Assembly: GCA_003427395.1 (NCBI GenBank)
Contig: BFEA01000032.1
Span: 3,155,454 to 3,219,453 of the forward strand
DNA: 64,000 nucleotides
DNA from: Chara braunii
Taxonomy: Eukaryota > Plantae > Charophyceae
Reading direction: 5' to 3'
The notes under the pieces: model-generated
The model's input: only the letters and a program-made list of their open reading frames with translations
Told to the model about the DNA's origin: nothing
The model's database searches: none
Part shown: one piece after another, positions 12,821 through 25,505 of the stretch
Layout: each line of letters opens with the position of its first letter
Numbering within the stretch: position 1 is the stretch's first letter
Program-made: the position numbers and the translations under genes

Positions 12821-14624
12821 CAACTATATATATTATTCATTGAAAGTTCTTACTTGGATGAGAATGGTTAGTGAGACCTCGACCCCGATTCAATCCGCAC
12901 GGGCTAGGTCGGCCTGAGGTAGGAGATTCATCCCTCAATCTGACCGCTCATAAATGTTTTACTATACCACACGCCTATCTAAAAGGAATGTCTTGTCGTT
13001 TTAGTGACTTTTGTCAAAGGCTCAACTACATCTATCTGTTCAAGATGAAATGAAAGTTTAAACAAATTTATGAAATGTCTTAATCAAACTTTTATTTTAC
13101 GACAACAATTTTTTTTTAATTAAAATTGAACTAACATATTTATCAAAAAAACTCCTCATAATAGAACGGTAATGCAATTAAAACATTTCATAAACTCATC
13201 TAGTCTTTCAGTTTATCTTTGGCATGCATTTTAAACACTATACGACACTCTACTATACTCTACTACACTCTACTCTACTCTATGATACCCTACTCTACCT
13301 GTATAAAATTCCATTCTACTCTACGACACTCTACTTTACTCTACTCTACAAAATTTCATTATACTCTACGACACTCTACTCTATAACAATATTTTATACT
13401 CTATGACAGTGTAGAACACTCTGCGATAAATTACTATACTCTACTTTATGACATTATACTCTACTTTACAACAGTCTATGATATTCTACTCTACTCTACA
13501 ATACTGTATTCTACTCCACTCTACGATACTCTACTCTACTCAACGACACTCAACGACACTTTACTTTACTCTAAGACACTCAACTCTACTTTACGACACT
13601 TTACTTTGCTCTACTCTACTTTACTTTATTCTACTCTACGACACTCGACAGCACTCTGCTCTACGACTACTCTACGACACTCTTTTGTACTATATGACAC
13701 TTTACGACACTTTACAAAACTCTACTCTACGACAATATACTTTACTTTACGACACAATATGACACTCTACTCACTCTAATTTATTTTACTCTACTCTACT
13801 TTACTCTACTCTATTATACTTTACTCTGCTCTACTTTACTCTCCTCTACCCACTTTACTCTACTCTGTGTACTCTACTGCACTCGATTCTACTACAATCT
13901 ATTCTAAGACACTTTACAACACTCTACTCTATTCCACTCTACTTTACTCTACGGTACTTTACTCTACTCTACGACACTCTATTTTATTTCACTCTACTTT
14001 ACGCTACTGTACTTTACTTTACTCTACTTTACTATATCCCACTCTAGGACACTCTACTCTACAACTACTCTACTATACTCTTCGACACTCTACAACACTC
14101 TACTACACTCTTTTGTACTTTATGACACTCTACGATACTCTACAACACTTTACAAAACTCTACTCTACGATACTTTACTCTACTTTACTTTACTGACTTT
14201 ACTCTACTTTAATCTACTCTCTTTCATTCTACTCTACTCGACTGTAATCTACTCTCCTCCACTCTCCTCTACTCTACTCTACCCAGTCTATTATACTCTA
14301 CTGTTCTCTACTTTACTACACTTCACTCTACTCTAAGACGCTCTACAACACTATTCTACTATACTCTTTTCCACTTTACTACCCTCTACTCTACTCTATG
14401 ATACTTTAGAACACTCTACTATATGACACTCTACTCTACGACATTCTACAACACTCTACGACACTCTACTCTACTAAACTGAACAACTTATGCCTTAAAG
14501 TCACATCGAAATTCTTTACCAACTTTAAAATAAAATTTTAAATTAAAAAATATTTATTATTATTATTTTTTTTTAATATTTTGGCCCGACCGGGAAGTGG
14601 TTTCGGGCCTCTCTGGTAGCCTAG
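12821..14624 (+). mobile_element. Possible non-autonomous Helitron carrying the CTACT satellite
   Basis: AT-rich start (ACTATATATATTA). GC hairpin GGCCCGA..TCGGGCC at 14583-14609 followed by CTGG/CTAG. No TIR or TSD seen. Confidence 0.35.
13237..14480. repeat. Degenerate (CTACT)n / CTACGACACT pentamer satellite
   Basis: About 1.2 kb of CTACT/TTACT/CGACA variants. It explains the Y/S/T/L-rich ORFs. Confidence 0.95.
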
Positions 14625-14941
14625 ATACTGAATCTATATGCGAATATAAGATCATAATATAAGTAAGTAAATCTTGAAAATCCCAATGAGTCTTTCGATA
14701 ACCAAACAACGAATTTATGGTGATATGAGATCGTACAACATAAATTTTTCCAAAAACAATGAAAGTTAAAAAAAAATAAAAAATCCTTCGTATTTAAAAA
14801 ATTGTCATTCTCAAATTCTTCCAATTCTAAAATTTTTAATTTAATTTGATAAGTTACCGTATGAAAATAAGTTTTCCCTTCAAACTACGTTTATCTGTTA
14901 AAGATGAAATGCAGTCTGGACGAGTTTATTAAATGTCTTAA

Positions 14942-15793
14942 ACCACCAGTATCTTCCCCAGTGTTGGGAAATTACGTGATACTGGCAAGTACCAGAACAT
15001 TTCGGGGTTCGGACAGAGGGTCGGCAATGTCTCAAAAGTCGGTTTTTTTTTTTTGTCGTGCACGAAAGGGAAAGAAAAAAAAACGGGCCTTTGTACTGCA
15101 ATGATGTACGGCAGGGATGTCTAGGAGACCGTGCTCACACAGCCTCACAGTCTTGCATGCATCTTACAGCAAAGACGGTCACGTTCTCTAACTTGTTGTT
15201 TTCTTTTTTTCTTTTGTATTTGTTTGTTATGAGTAGCTGCCAACGAGGCAGGGCGGAATCCGTGATCTGCTCTATTATTGTTTCCTCAGATGATTGTAAC
15301 ACTGATGTATCCAGCCGTTTTCAAAGCCGAATCCATGTTTTCGTTTTTTTTTCTCTTGTTTTCATTTTCTGAACTCTGACAATCTGAATCCGTGATCTGC
15401 TCGAGNTGTGTTCCCTCAGAGGATTGTAACCCTGATCACACTGGCACTTACGGGAATGTATCTTGCCATTTTCACGGGCGAATCCATGTTTGTCCGTTTT
15501 TTTTTTTTTTTTAGTTTATGAAATCTGACAACCTGGCCACGGGGCTGAGATGCCCTCACTGAGGGCACACTCACACTTACACTTCCGAGAATGTATACAA
15601 CTGCAATCACGCCCAGCTCTTTGTTTCTTTTTCTTGTTTTCTGAGTTTTCACGGCCGCAACTTTTTTTTTTTTTTTTTTTTTGTTCTTCCCGTGAGAGTA
15701 CCATAAAGAAATGGATTGGGACCCAGGCTCGGCAAAACTCAGAGCGCAGTGAAAATCAGGGTCGGCAAAAACAGGCTCGGAGGTACTGGTGGT
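14942..15793. mobile_element. Non-autonomous TIR element with TTAA target duplication
   Basis: TTAA-ACCACCAGTA ... TACTGGTGGT-TTAA. A homologous flank at 13021-13085 has a single TTAA (empty-site-like). Internal ~130-bp tandem duplication at 15257-15530. Confidence 0.75.
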
Positions 15794-15867
15794 TTAAGAG
15801 AGAAACGAAATGAAAGAACAAAGCAACTAAACAAAGGATAACACCGCTTAACCCAGAATCACAAAAG

Positions 15868-16623
15868 ATGACGAGCGTGTACAATCGACAATACATCACT
15901 GTGGCGGTGGGCACAACCTCGACTACCAAGGCCCCATCGTCAAAATCACCCATCATCGAGCATGAAACCTTGGGCTTCCTACTGGAGGCACCCCATATCA
16001 AAGGGGAAAAAGTCACAGTCAAGGTGAAAAACAAGGACATCGATGAAGAAACTGAAGTAATCGCGTGGGCATACCAAAAAAACAAGATTGCAGACACAAA
16101 TGCCACCTTCGAAAAGCACGCCCTCATTTTCACTTTCTCAAATGCAAGGGTGAGACTTTCCCAGCTGGAGAAGAGGAAATGGATAACAAAAATGATCCAA
16201 GATCAGGAGAACATCAAGACCGACGCCAGCAAGTTCTTGATGCTTCACCTAGGCAAGTTCATGACAATGATCGTTTTCAAGGATGCAAACCAGGCAACAC
16301 ATTTAGTAAACAAATTCGAGACAATCAACTATTTCGGCTCCGTCTGCTCCCTGGCGAGATGGAAACTGGAAACCTCACAGAAGGCCGACGTGGCACCGGC
16401 GAGTGCCTACAAACAACGCCTCCTGAGGGACCGATTCAGGGTCCAGTTCAACAACGTTCCCCTCAGGGGACACCCGCTGATCAAGGACCTTCTGGAAGCG
16501 GGATATCCGGCAAACAAGGTGACGAAATGGATTCTTCCCACCCCAGATTTCTTAACCCCCCACTGCGAGTCAGTTACAGCCATCCTCGAAGTAGACAAAG
16601 CAGACAACCCACTATTTCCATAA
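15868..16623 (+). pseudogene. LINE ORF1-like protein remnant
   Basis: 251-aa ORF followed by a frameshifted Cys-rich knuckle-like region and K/E-rich sequence, upstream of ORF2 remnants. Confidence 0.6.
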
Positions 16624-18479
16624 TGTTGGGAATGCATCATCAACAACAAAATTGTCTCCATAACCGTATCCATGAAGGACAATCCGATATGCTTCCGCTG
16701 CAAAAAAAAGAGGTCACCTTGGGTTTGACAGAAACGCAAAATGCTCAAACAAGCCAGAGCAAGCAAGGGAAAGGAAGCTGAGGCAATCCGACCTGGTTGA
16801 GGTGGAAGAGGCAAAAGGGGTCTGGTTCGTCAATGACTCAGCCTATGATGGTTGGGTCTTCGATGACAACCTACTCGATCCCTGATGAGTGTGGACATAT
16901 GCCAACAGGGAACCTCGAACCAATCAACCAGACATCTTCCCCCTGACTGGCAACGAATGGCACAAAGTCGGGGCAAAGAAGATATCCGGCCCTCAGGGAA
17001 AGATGTACAAAGACCCCCTAATTGATTCCTAAACAGTCAAAATAGAGAAAAACATGAAAGACCTACTCTGGGACCTGGACACGATAAGGCACCAGTCAGC
17101 TGAAGACTTTCTCAAGGCCGAAGAAAACAATGAGACCCTACTCAAAAAAAGCACGGACATACATCGAGGGACGCTACCCCCAGCCTGATCCATCACACAA
17201 GAGACAATCCTCCCCCCAAAAGGATGACCCAAACAAACAGGCAGTAAAGAAAAGAAGAGGGGAAACACAACCGGAAAAAGAATCAGGACAGAAGTGACAA
17301 GATCAGAGCTCGAAGCCAGGACAGGGCCTGACCATAGCCCTTGACCTGGCAACACCGAAAGGGATGGACATCTCTCCAGCGAAAAAGGGCCCCTCAGAGG
17401 ACCGAGACAACAAAGGAGGTGCAGTTATGGAATGGCAGAGGGAATACTTGGAAAAAGCGAAGTACGAAAGAGAAAAGGAAATTGAAATCAGAGTGGCTTG
17501 CATGAAGCACCAAGAGAGAACAACAAAGAACTACGCCCCAAAAACTCAGTCACGGGAATACAGACATCCTCAAATAACTACGCAGTCCTCAGACAAGAGA
17601 GAGAACAAAATGGGAACTGTCGGAGTTCAACGCGTTCAAGTACAACGAGGAAAAAAAAGAAAGAAAAAAGAAAGAGAAACAATGGGAACAAATCCAGACC
17701 CCAACAACGAAGACCACCCCCCGTCAGACGCAATCAGAGACATGGTCCCGACGAAGTGGAAACCATCCAAGGGAAGAGCAAAAAGAACAAGATCCGCACA
17801 TTCAACCAGACCGGAAGGCAACAGGGATGAGCGAAAGATGACACAAGAAATCTACATAGTCTTTGAACAGACCAAAGCTATGTTCGATCATAACATAAAA
17901 TACCGCAAGGAAAATGAAAAAGATTTTTGCACCATTCTGAGAGTGGCTGACAACAAGGCTCCCCATGTCACGAAGAAAGCGGCTTCCAATCGCATCACAA
18001 TCAAAGTCGTCAGACCACTCGTGCCAGTCGAATTTCGCAAGAAATTCAACGAATGGCAAGTGGTCACGGACATCTCCTTCGGGATGCCGAGTTCAGGTAG
18101 GAAGATAACCCGTGCCTTGTTTTGGGTTACCCTGACTTTTCTCAGCTGGAAGGTCTAGAACTTCGGTCTGTGGGTCTTGGTTAGAGATTTTGAGGACCTG
18201 TAAATTGTGGTTGAATACCGGGGAGGAGACGAAATTGGCTTTGTTCCATGCCCTCCACACCAGGCCTTCTCTCAGTTTTGCTGTCTTGTCCTGATGGACG
18301 AGGACTAGCCTGAACAGTTCCTCCATCTCCCGGCTTGGGTCTGAGGGATCTCATTTGTCGTTCTCACTAGTTTCTTCGGTCGGGATGACATAGACCCCTA
18401 GTGGGTAGATTTTTTAGATCTCTTCTCCGACTGTTCTGGATTATGGCCAAGGGTTGGTTGATTAAATCCCCCAGGAGAC

Positions 18480-19785
18480 CCACGCCAACCATCCCCGCTC
18501 AGGCCTCAACCACCACCAGGCCAAAATCATATTGGGGCCCCACCCTGGCAGCATGGCACCGGAAGCTACCCACGAAACACGGTGCCCCCTCCAACAAGGA
18601 GGAGGTACTCAGACAACCTCTATTCTGCAATGCATGGATAAAAGACAGGAATGGCAACCCGTGGTCCCTCCACCACAGGGATAGGAGATGGCTGTCCTGG
18701 GTAGAGAAAGGGGTGTGGCAGATCAAACACCTATGGTCAGAAGAGCGAGGCGAATAGTACAGCGAACAGGAAATCGAACCCCACTAAAAGGGTGCCACAA
18801 TCTAGACTCTAACCTCACGACCATGCTGCAAAGCAGACCGGCACAATGGACCCCACTTCTCAGAGAACGATTCACCTGGAAGCCCGGAGACTGGGGACTA
18901 CTCACTACTCAGACCCCAACAACAAGAGCCTTCAGATTTATAGAGCAGAGGCCTGGCATACAGGACCTAGAATTCAACCCTAAAGAATGGGCTTGGAAGA
19001 AGGACCAGGCCGGCAGGACACACACCATAGCTGTGTACAGCGTGAAATTCGGCTATGAGCTAGGATTGCGAACATCAGATCCCAACCGCAGACTGATCGA
19101 GAAATGGATTAACCTCCTCGACCTGGAACTGCAAACTCAACTCACTATCCCATGGCCCCACTACCTGAATATTAGACCCATCAAAATCCGCAGCATGCAA
19201 TGGCTAATCGCCCACACAGGCCTCCCAGTCAACAACTGGCTCCACATTCGAAGACAACACTCACACCTCAACAGCAAACCCCTATGCACGCTCTGCAACA
19301 CTGACTCAATCGAAGACATACCCCATTGTCTTCTCCTCTGCCCAGAGGCGACCTGGTTCTGGAACAGGATCCAAGCTTTATGGACTTCCCTGTTCTCTTC
19401 ACCCCCTCCACCCACTACCCCACAAACCATCCTCCTCCTATCTGATCCCCCCTCAGGTCTCAAAGGCAGCAAGAGAACCTGGTTTCTGCTACTCAGGAAG
19501 CTGACACTATGTGTCATCTGGAACAGGAGATGCACCCGCACGATCGAAGAAACAGAGGTTGACAAGGAGGAAATGTGGGCGATACTCGTCAAGATGGCGG
19601 AAACTGAAATCCAGGCCAGATGGCGTAAGGTCATCGGGGTATCAAGGAGACTCCCCGAGAGACATGCAATCAAGAGAACAAGATTCCACAAGGATTGGCT
19701 GATAAGAGGCAGAATAGCAAGCATAGCAGACAACCGCCTGATACGGAAGATATGGCACCAGCTCCCGGCCCCGACTGGACAATGA
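18480..19785 (+). pseudogene. LINE ORF2 C-terminal (zf-RVT/CCHC) region, copy A
   Basis: VLRQPLFCNAWI; WVEKGVWQI; WLIAHTGLPVN; CTLC..HCLLLC; IWNRRC. Confidence 0.9.
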
Positions 19786-19978
19786 CATGGGATAGCAACC
19801 GTCTTCCCCGAGGATTATTGCAACCCAGCGGGCCCCACAAGGCAGCAAAGCCACAGTCTTTTCTTGAGCATATCGTTTCAGATGACAGACCCCTAGGGGG
19901 TATCTGAGAGGAAAGTAGACTAGGGCAAGCTGACAGTCAATCCTCCCATACAGGAGTAATCAATGCTGGTCAGGGTTC

Positions 19979-21588
19979 GGCCACTAAGAAATAGGGACCC
20001 GAGATGGCTGTCGTGGGTTGAAAAAGGGGTGTGGCAGGTTAAACACCTGTGGGCAGAAGAACGGGGAGAATGGCGTACGGAACAAGAACTTCGAAACACT
20101 CTAAGAGGCTGCCATGCTCTCGCAGAAAACCTACGCACAGTCCAGAAAAGCATCCCACCCCACTGGATTCACCTCTTGAAAGAAGACTTCTCCTGGAAAC
20201 CAGGGGACAGGGGCATACTCGTATCCCAAACCCCGCTGAACAGAGCATACCGGTTCCTGTCCCGCAGCTCAACCACCAGCTACCGGTCCAAATTCTACTC
20301 TTATCCCATCGCCACCCATAACCTCCAGGAACTAACCATTCTGAACAGAGAACCGCAGCTGGAGACGGTAGAGGCCTTTCTGCTGAGAAAAGTGACGGTG
20401 TCGAAAACCAAACCATGGATAATCTTCCAGTCCGACCTAAGGATTGCGGAGCTCAAATTCGATCCTAAGGAATGGGTATGGAAAGAAGGCAAATCCGGAA
20501 AAACCAGAACGATACTGGAATACGATGTGAAATTCGGGTACAATCTAGGCCGACGGACCACGGACCCCAACCCCAAACTCGAAAACAGATCGAGAGAGAC
20601 ACTAAACCTAGAGCCAACAGCCTCAATCACCATCCCCTGGCCAAAATACCTCCCCATAAAACCAGTTAGAATCCGAAGCTTACAATGGCTCCTAGCCCAC
20701 GCAGCACTCCCTGTCAATCAGTGGCTCCACAAAAGAAGAAAACACTCAGACCCCAACAGCTCGGAAATATGCGCAATGTGCGATGACAGCGCCCCTGAAG
20801 ACATCCCCCACTGCCTCCTATACTGCAGCCAGGCAGCCTGGATATGGAACAAAGTCCGAAACCTATGGCACCATCTCTTCTCATCCTCTCCCCCCAACCT
20901 CACCCCCCAGAACATCCTACTTCTTTCTAACATCCGCGACAGTCTCAGAGGAGGAAAAGCAGTCTGGTTCCACATGCTCAGGAAACTAGCTCTGTGGGTA
21001 ATCTGGAAAAGGAGATGCACCAAGACTATCGAGGGAACCGAGGTGGCAAGAGAAGAAATGTGGGTTCTAATGCTGAGAATGGCGGAAACTGAGATTCGAT
21101 CCAGATGGAGGGAGGTGACATCAACAACGAAAGGCAGACCAGAAAGGATAGCCATCAAGAGACGGNTCTTCATGAGANAATGNCTTTTACAGGGAAAGAT
21201 TGCAACGGTGACAGATAACAGATTGATCTGGAAGAANTGGCACAGCACAACTCCTACAAGGACGGGGACCCAGTGAGGGGCAATTGAGATGATAATCTCA
21301 ACAGTATAGACGACTCTCCTCTTTTCTTGCTTTATACGAATCATCTGACAGAGTCCAAATAGAGTCTGAGAGGAAAAGTGGACGGGCAAGCTGACAGTCA
21401 ATCCTCCAGATATGGAGTTATCAATGCTGTTCAGGGTTTCCTTCGGCCAGATGGAAGGAAGCGTGAGTGTGTTCACCATGTATTCCAACTTTCGACTTGC
21501 CGGTGGAAAGGAACCGGACTGACGCTCCCCAGAATGGATAAGGAGCCAGGACCATAAGGACCTGTTGAAAAAAAAAAAAAAAAAAAAA
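19979..21588 (+). mobile_element. 5'-truncated LINE copy B nested in the 3' UTR of copy A
   Basis: Open ORF2 C-terminus (to 21276) with CAMC..HCLLYC; poly(A) at 21568-21588; 17-bp TSD AATGCTGGTCAGGGTTC at 19962-19978 and 21587-21603. Confidence 0.92.
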
Positions 21589-22310
21589 TGCTGGTCAGGG
21601 TTCCTTCGGCCAGACGGAAGGAAGAAAGAGAGTGTACTATGATATATTCAATTTTGACTTGCCGGGGAATAGAAACCGGACTGACGCTCCCCAGAATGGA
21701 TATGGAGCCAGGGCCATAAGGACCTGTTTTTTCAAAAAAACAAAAAAGTGCATGACAAGATTGTAAATCATGAAAGAGATCCTTAGAGTCTCGTCATGCA
21801 CTTCTTTTTTCTGTTTTGTTTAACAAAATTATACTTTTTCCAATCAACAATGGCTGTCCGTCTGATTCTTCCTTGCCCAAGGGGACTGAAATCTATTGCT
21901 TGGACTCAGCAGTATGACTTCTTGAATTCCCACCCGGACTGGTGCATCTGCACACAGCCGAAATTGCCGTCAGATACATTTAAAAAAGTGCTACTGTGAG
22001 TACAGTAACTATCCAGAAAGTCGTGATCCCCCTGTTTTTCAGAGGGATCCCCTCATTTCGTGGCGTTTGCTTTTCTTTTCCGTCTTTTGCTGATGTCTGA
22101 AACTATTTTTTTATTCCCAGTTTTTCCTGTCTCAGGTCCAGAATGTCGCCTTATTCCTTGGCTAATGGGACCATGCGCCTGGCATCGTTGCAACTTGCAA
22201 ACTGTCAATTAGCAAAATCATGGATCACAGTGGCCACTGTTAGGAGGGGATGCGATTATCACCTCGACCGGCAGTAGCCACCAGATCTGGTTTTTTTTTT
22301 TTTTTTTTGT

Positions 22311-22439
22311 AACCACCAGTACCTTTCCCAGCCATTTTGCCGTTTCGTGCCGGTTCGGCCTCCAGTGGTGGCCAGATGTGGCGCCAAAACTCAGCGCCCA
22401 GGGGCCGCTGCTGATAGCTGGGAAAGGTGCTGGCGGTTT
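22311..22439. mobile_element. ~130-bp MITE related to the 14942-15793 element
   Basis: TIRs AACCACCAGTACCTTTCCCAGC / GCTGGGAAAGGTGCTGGCGGTT. Confidence 0.75.
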
Positions 22440-23170
22440 AATATAAAAAGCAAATAATCATGGATCACAGTAGCAATGGTCTGTGAGCAGTCTTTGACCA
22501 TTGATAACCCAATGTCATAATACAGCACCTACAATAAACGATGACAAAGTCAATAAACTGAAATTTATATAGGGGAAAATATGAAAAAACAAATGTGAAG
22601 TTGATAGGCAAAAAAAGGAAACAATAACAGTGAAATTGATAGAAAAGAAATGGAAGTGAAATTTATTGGAAAAAATGATCAAATTAAATTGTGAAGACAG
22701 TAAGACATTACTAATTTGAGTGGTTTTATCGACATTGTGCTCTATGGGCTGGCGGGTGGGGTGGAGAGCTCGTTGGCTTGGAGAAAGGCCGAGAGTGAAG
22801 CTGTGCTACGATTTTGATTGTGTGTGCATGTGACGGTGGTTGACTGAAGCAGGCTTCGACCTTCTTCTGCAGATTGATGGGAAGTAGCATGTTGATCGGT
22901 AGGGGGGGGAAAGAACAGGGCTTTTTTGGTTTCATATAGTACTTGGTTGGGGTTTTGTAGGCTTTTCATTGCAGTTGGTCTTCTTGGCCAGGAATTTTTA
23001 GAAACTATGTTTTGATGTGAGGGACGCCGGACCCGTTTTCCGGTTTGTGAAATGAAATGGCAACCTCGGTACGAACCTGGCCAGAGTGCCTGGATCATAC
23101 CGGGCAAGGGAAAAAAAAAAAAAAAGTAGTAATAGAGAGTCATTAGAGACAACAAATGGGAGACACCAAC

Positions 23171-23925
23171 GGGCTTAGCTCAGTTGGTACACCTGGGGCC
23201 TGGACCCACTAGCAAGGTATTCTACCACTCCGTTCAGGATTTCTATCACATGTGGCATCGAGTGACTCAGTACGGCCGTCCAATACATCGGATCTCGACG
23301 GCCTGGTAGTTTCCGAAAGGGACTGTAAAGATGCCCACCTCCCGTCCAATGAGATGCGTCGAAAAAAAAAAAGAAAAAAAGTTGGACTAACTTGGACATG
23401 ATAGCTCGTGGCTTTGCGTGGGCGGGAAGTCTGGATTTTATGGGCTCTAAAGGGGGGGGGTTGATTTCCAGACTTCGTTTTTTGTTTTTTTTTCCGGCTC
23501 TGAGAAATAGAACTTGAAGTGTGAAATTCGAATATTGTGGTGGACCTGACAGGAACGCTTCCGCTTCTGTCGGATGGCCTGCTAAAGGCATCATGAGATA
23601 CATGGCGAGGAATGTATCCCAATACCCATTACTTGTTCATCCTCGTGAATGTGTTCGTGGACGCATTTTATTGCCACGGTACATCACTATAAAGACTTAT
23701 GTGAAGGAGATGGTACCAACCCATGAATTCGGGTGCACAGCTGTTCTTCATAGTTTTATGTGCTATTTCAATTCATTTTAAATCAGAAAACGATCCATTC
23801 ATGCAAATAAAAATCACTTCGTATTTTCCAAGAAACCATAAAACTGTGTCAGACGTCGTAGAATACTTCCCTAGTGGGTCCAGGCCCCTGATGAACTGCT
23901 GAAATACAGACCCAAGTTCGAATCC
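23171..23925 (+). pseudogene. tRNA-derived (SINE head or tRNA pseudogene) sequence split by a TIR element
   Basis: A box TAGCTCAGTTGG at 23176-23187 and B box GTTCGAATCC at 23916-23925. Removing 23193-23890 restores tRNA-like spacing. Confidence 0.6.
23193..23890. mobile_element. Non-autonomous element with ~30-bp TIRs
   Basis: GGGGCCTGGACCCACTAGCAAGGTATTCTAC (23195-23225) is the near-perfect inverse of GTAGAATACTTCCCTAGTGGGTCCAGGCCCC (23858-23888). Confidence 0.75.
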
Positions 23926-24548
23926 AGATGCAATCAGATGAACAGAATAAAATAATTCTGAATCACGGGGGGGCGGCCAGCTCAAAGATGGTATCTCAAG
24001 GCCGTTGTCCTTTCTAAGGAAAAAGAAAGGACGCTTGATAGGGAAAAGATGAAACAGCAACAGTGAAATTCATAGGGAAGGGGAAAAAAAAAGGGAAAAA
24101 TGTGAAATATATAGGAAAAAATGAGCAAATAAAATTATGAAGGCAGGCGCTGATCCGACAATCCATAAAAAGAGAAAAAAACAAGAAAGTACCTTGAAAG
24201 ATGGACACGGGTAGTGCGGGGCGGAAAAGCAAACCATGACCCCACACAGGTGGGTTCTGTGGGGCTTTCCCAGATTGTCCTTCCTGTGGTCCACCATATG
24301 GCCTGGCCTCCAGCGTCGTACAGTTCTCTGCTCCATGGACGGACATTAAAAAGGGAAACTCATTTTTGCGGCAGCTTTCTCCAACCTTTCCGTTTTGTGT
24401 AGCACCGTTGGGCCGTTCATCACCGCCGACGTACACATGTCACGCCTAACAAAGCCCCGCGCCCTGTGATTTGGGAAAGTGGTGGGATCCGAGTTTCTCA
24501 AAGAAATTGGCTAACTTACGCACTGTCGGATCAGAAGCTGATAGAGAT

Positions 24549-25505
24549 AACAAAATGGGAGAAGTACACTGGGCGCTAGGTCTCACTAGCAAAGAGCCTG
24601 AAAGAGGACTGGGTTCAAGGCCTGAATTTGGACGTGTTTCTGGAGAGGTGCCGAGAATTGCCATTGATCGGCTTTCCTGCATCTCTCAGCAAACAGAGGA
24701 CTGGGTTCAACGCCTGAATCTGGACGTGTTTGTGGAGAGGTGCCGAGAATTGCCATTGATCCGCTTTCCTGCATCTCTAAACAACCAGGTCCAGATTCAG
24801 GCGTTAAATCCAATCCTCTCTGCTAGTGGGACCGCGCCCCGGGGGCTAAGTCCCGCGGAGGTTTAGTCTTCCTTTCGGGTAATTTTCAGCATGGCCACAT
24901 TGCGGCCGTGAGATGTTCAGATCAGATGACAGGAACCCGTACTTACTCGAGAGTGGAAACCAAGTCTGAACCCCTGAGGCGAGGTCCCACAACCGAGGAG
25001 GATGGGATTGGACCCCCGAATCTGGACGTGTTTGTGGCAAGGGGCAGAAAATCGGGATTGAACCTGCTTTTCTGCACTTCTGCACAAAACACTTCCAGAT
25101 TCAGGAGCTTAAAATTCAATCCTCCTTGCTGGTGGGACCTAGCCCCTGGGGCGAGGCCCGATTTGTTTTGTTGTTTTTCAGGGCGGTGACCCACTTTTTT
25201 TTTTTTTTGTGCTTGGAGGGCGAGGTGCCACTTGTTTTTTTTTTGTTTGTTTTTTCTTCCTTCTTCTTCCTCTTCTTCTTCTTCTTCCTCCTCCTCCTCC
25301 TCCTCCCTCCCTCGCCCCCTCCTTCCAGGTGCATTCGTGAATGCCTATCCGGGAGCGCCGTCCCACCAACAGGATTGGATTAATAAGCGCTTGAATCTGG
25401 ATGCCTTTAATGGCTATATGCAGAAAAGCAGCTCAGTCGTGTATTCCTCACTAACTTCACAAACTCGTCCAGATTCAGGCGTGGCGCTCATTCCCGCTTG
25501 CAGGG
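24549..25505. repeat. Cluster of related fold-back MITE-like units
   Basis: Repeated CCTGAATCTGGACGTGTT...TCCAGATTCAGG stems bounded by GTCCCAC / GTGGGAC ends (about 24549-24842, 24970-25150, 25350-25505). Confidence 0.7.

Larger units (their letters stand above)
15800..21747 (+). mobile_element. Rearranged L1/Tx1-like LINE (copy A): ORF1 remnant, ORF2 C-terminus, 3' UTR and A-tail; EN and RT missing
   Basis: ORF1-like ORF at 15868-16623; ORF2 C-terminal CCHC CTLC..EDIPHCLLLC; 3' UTR ending GGACCTGTTTTTTCAAAAAAACAAAAAA. Confidence 0.8.

Noticed and set aside
13224-14196. Y/S/T/L-rich ORFs
   Set aside because: Translations of the CTACT satellite.
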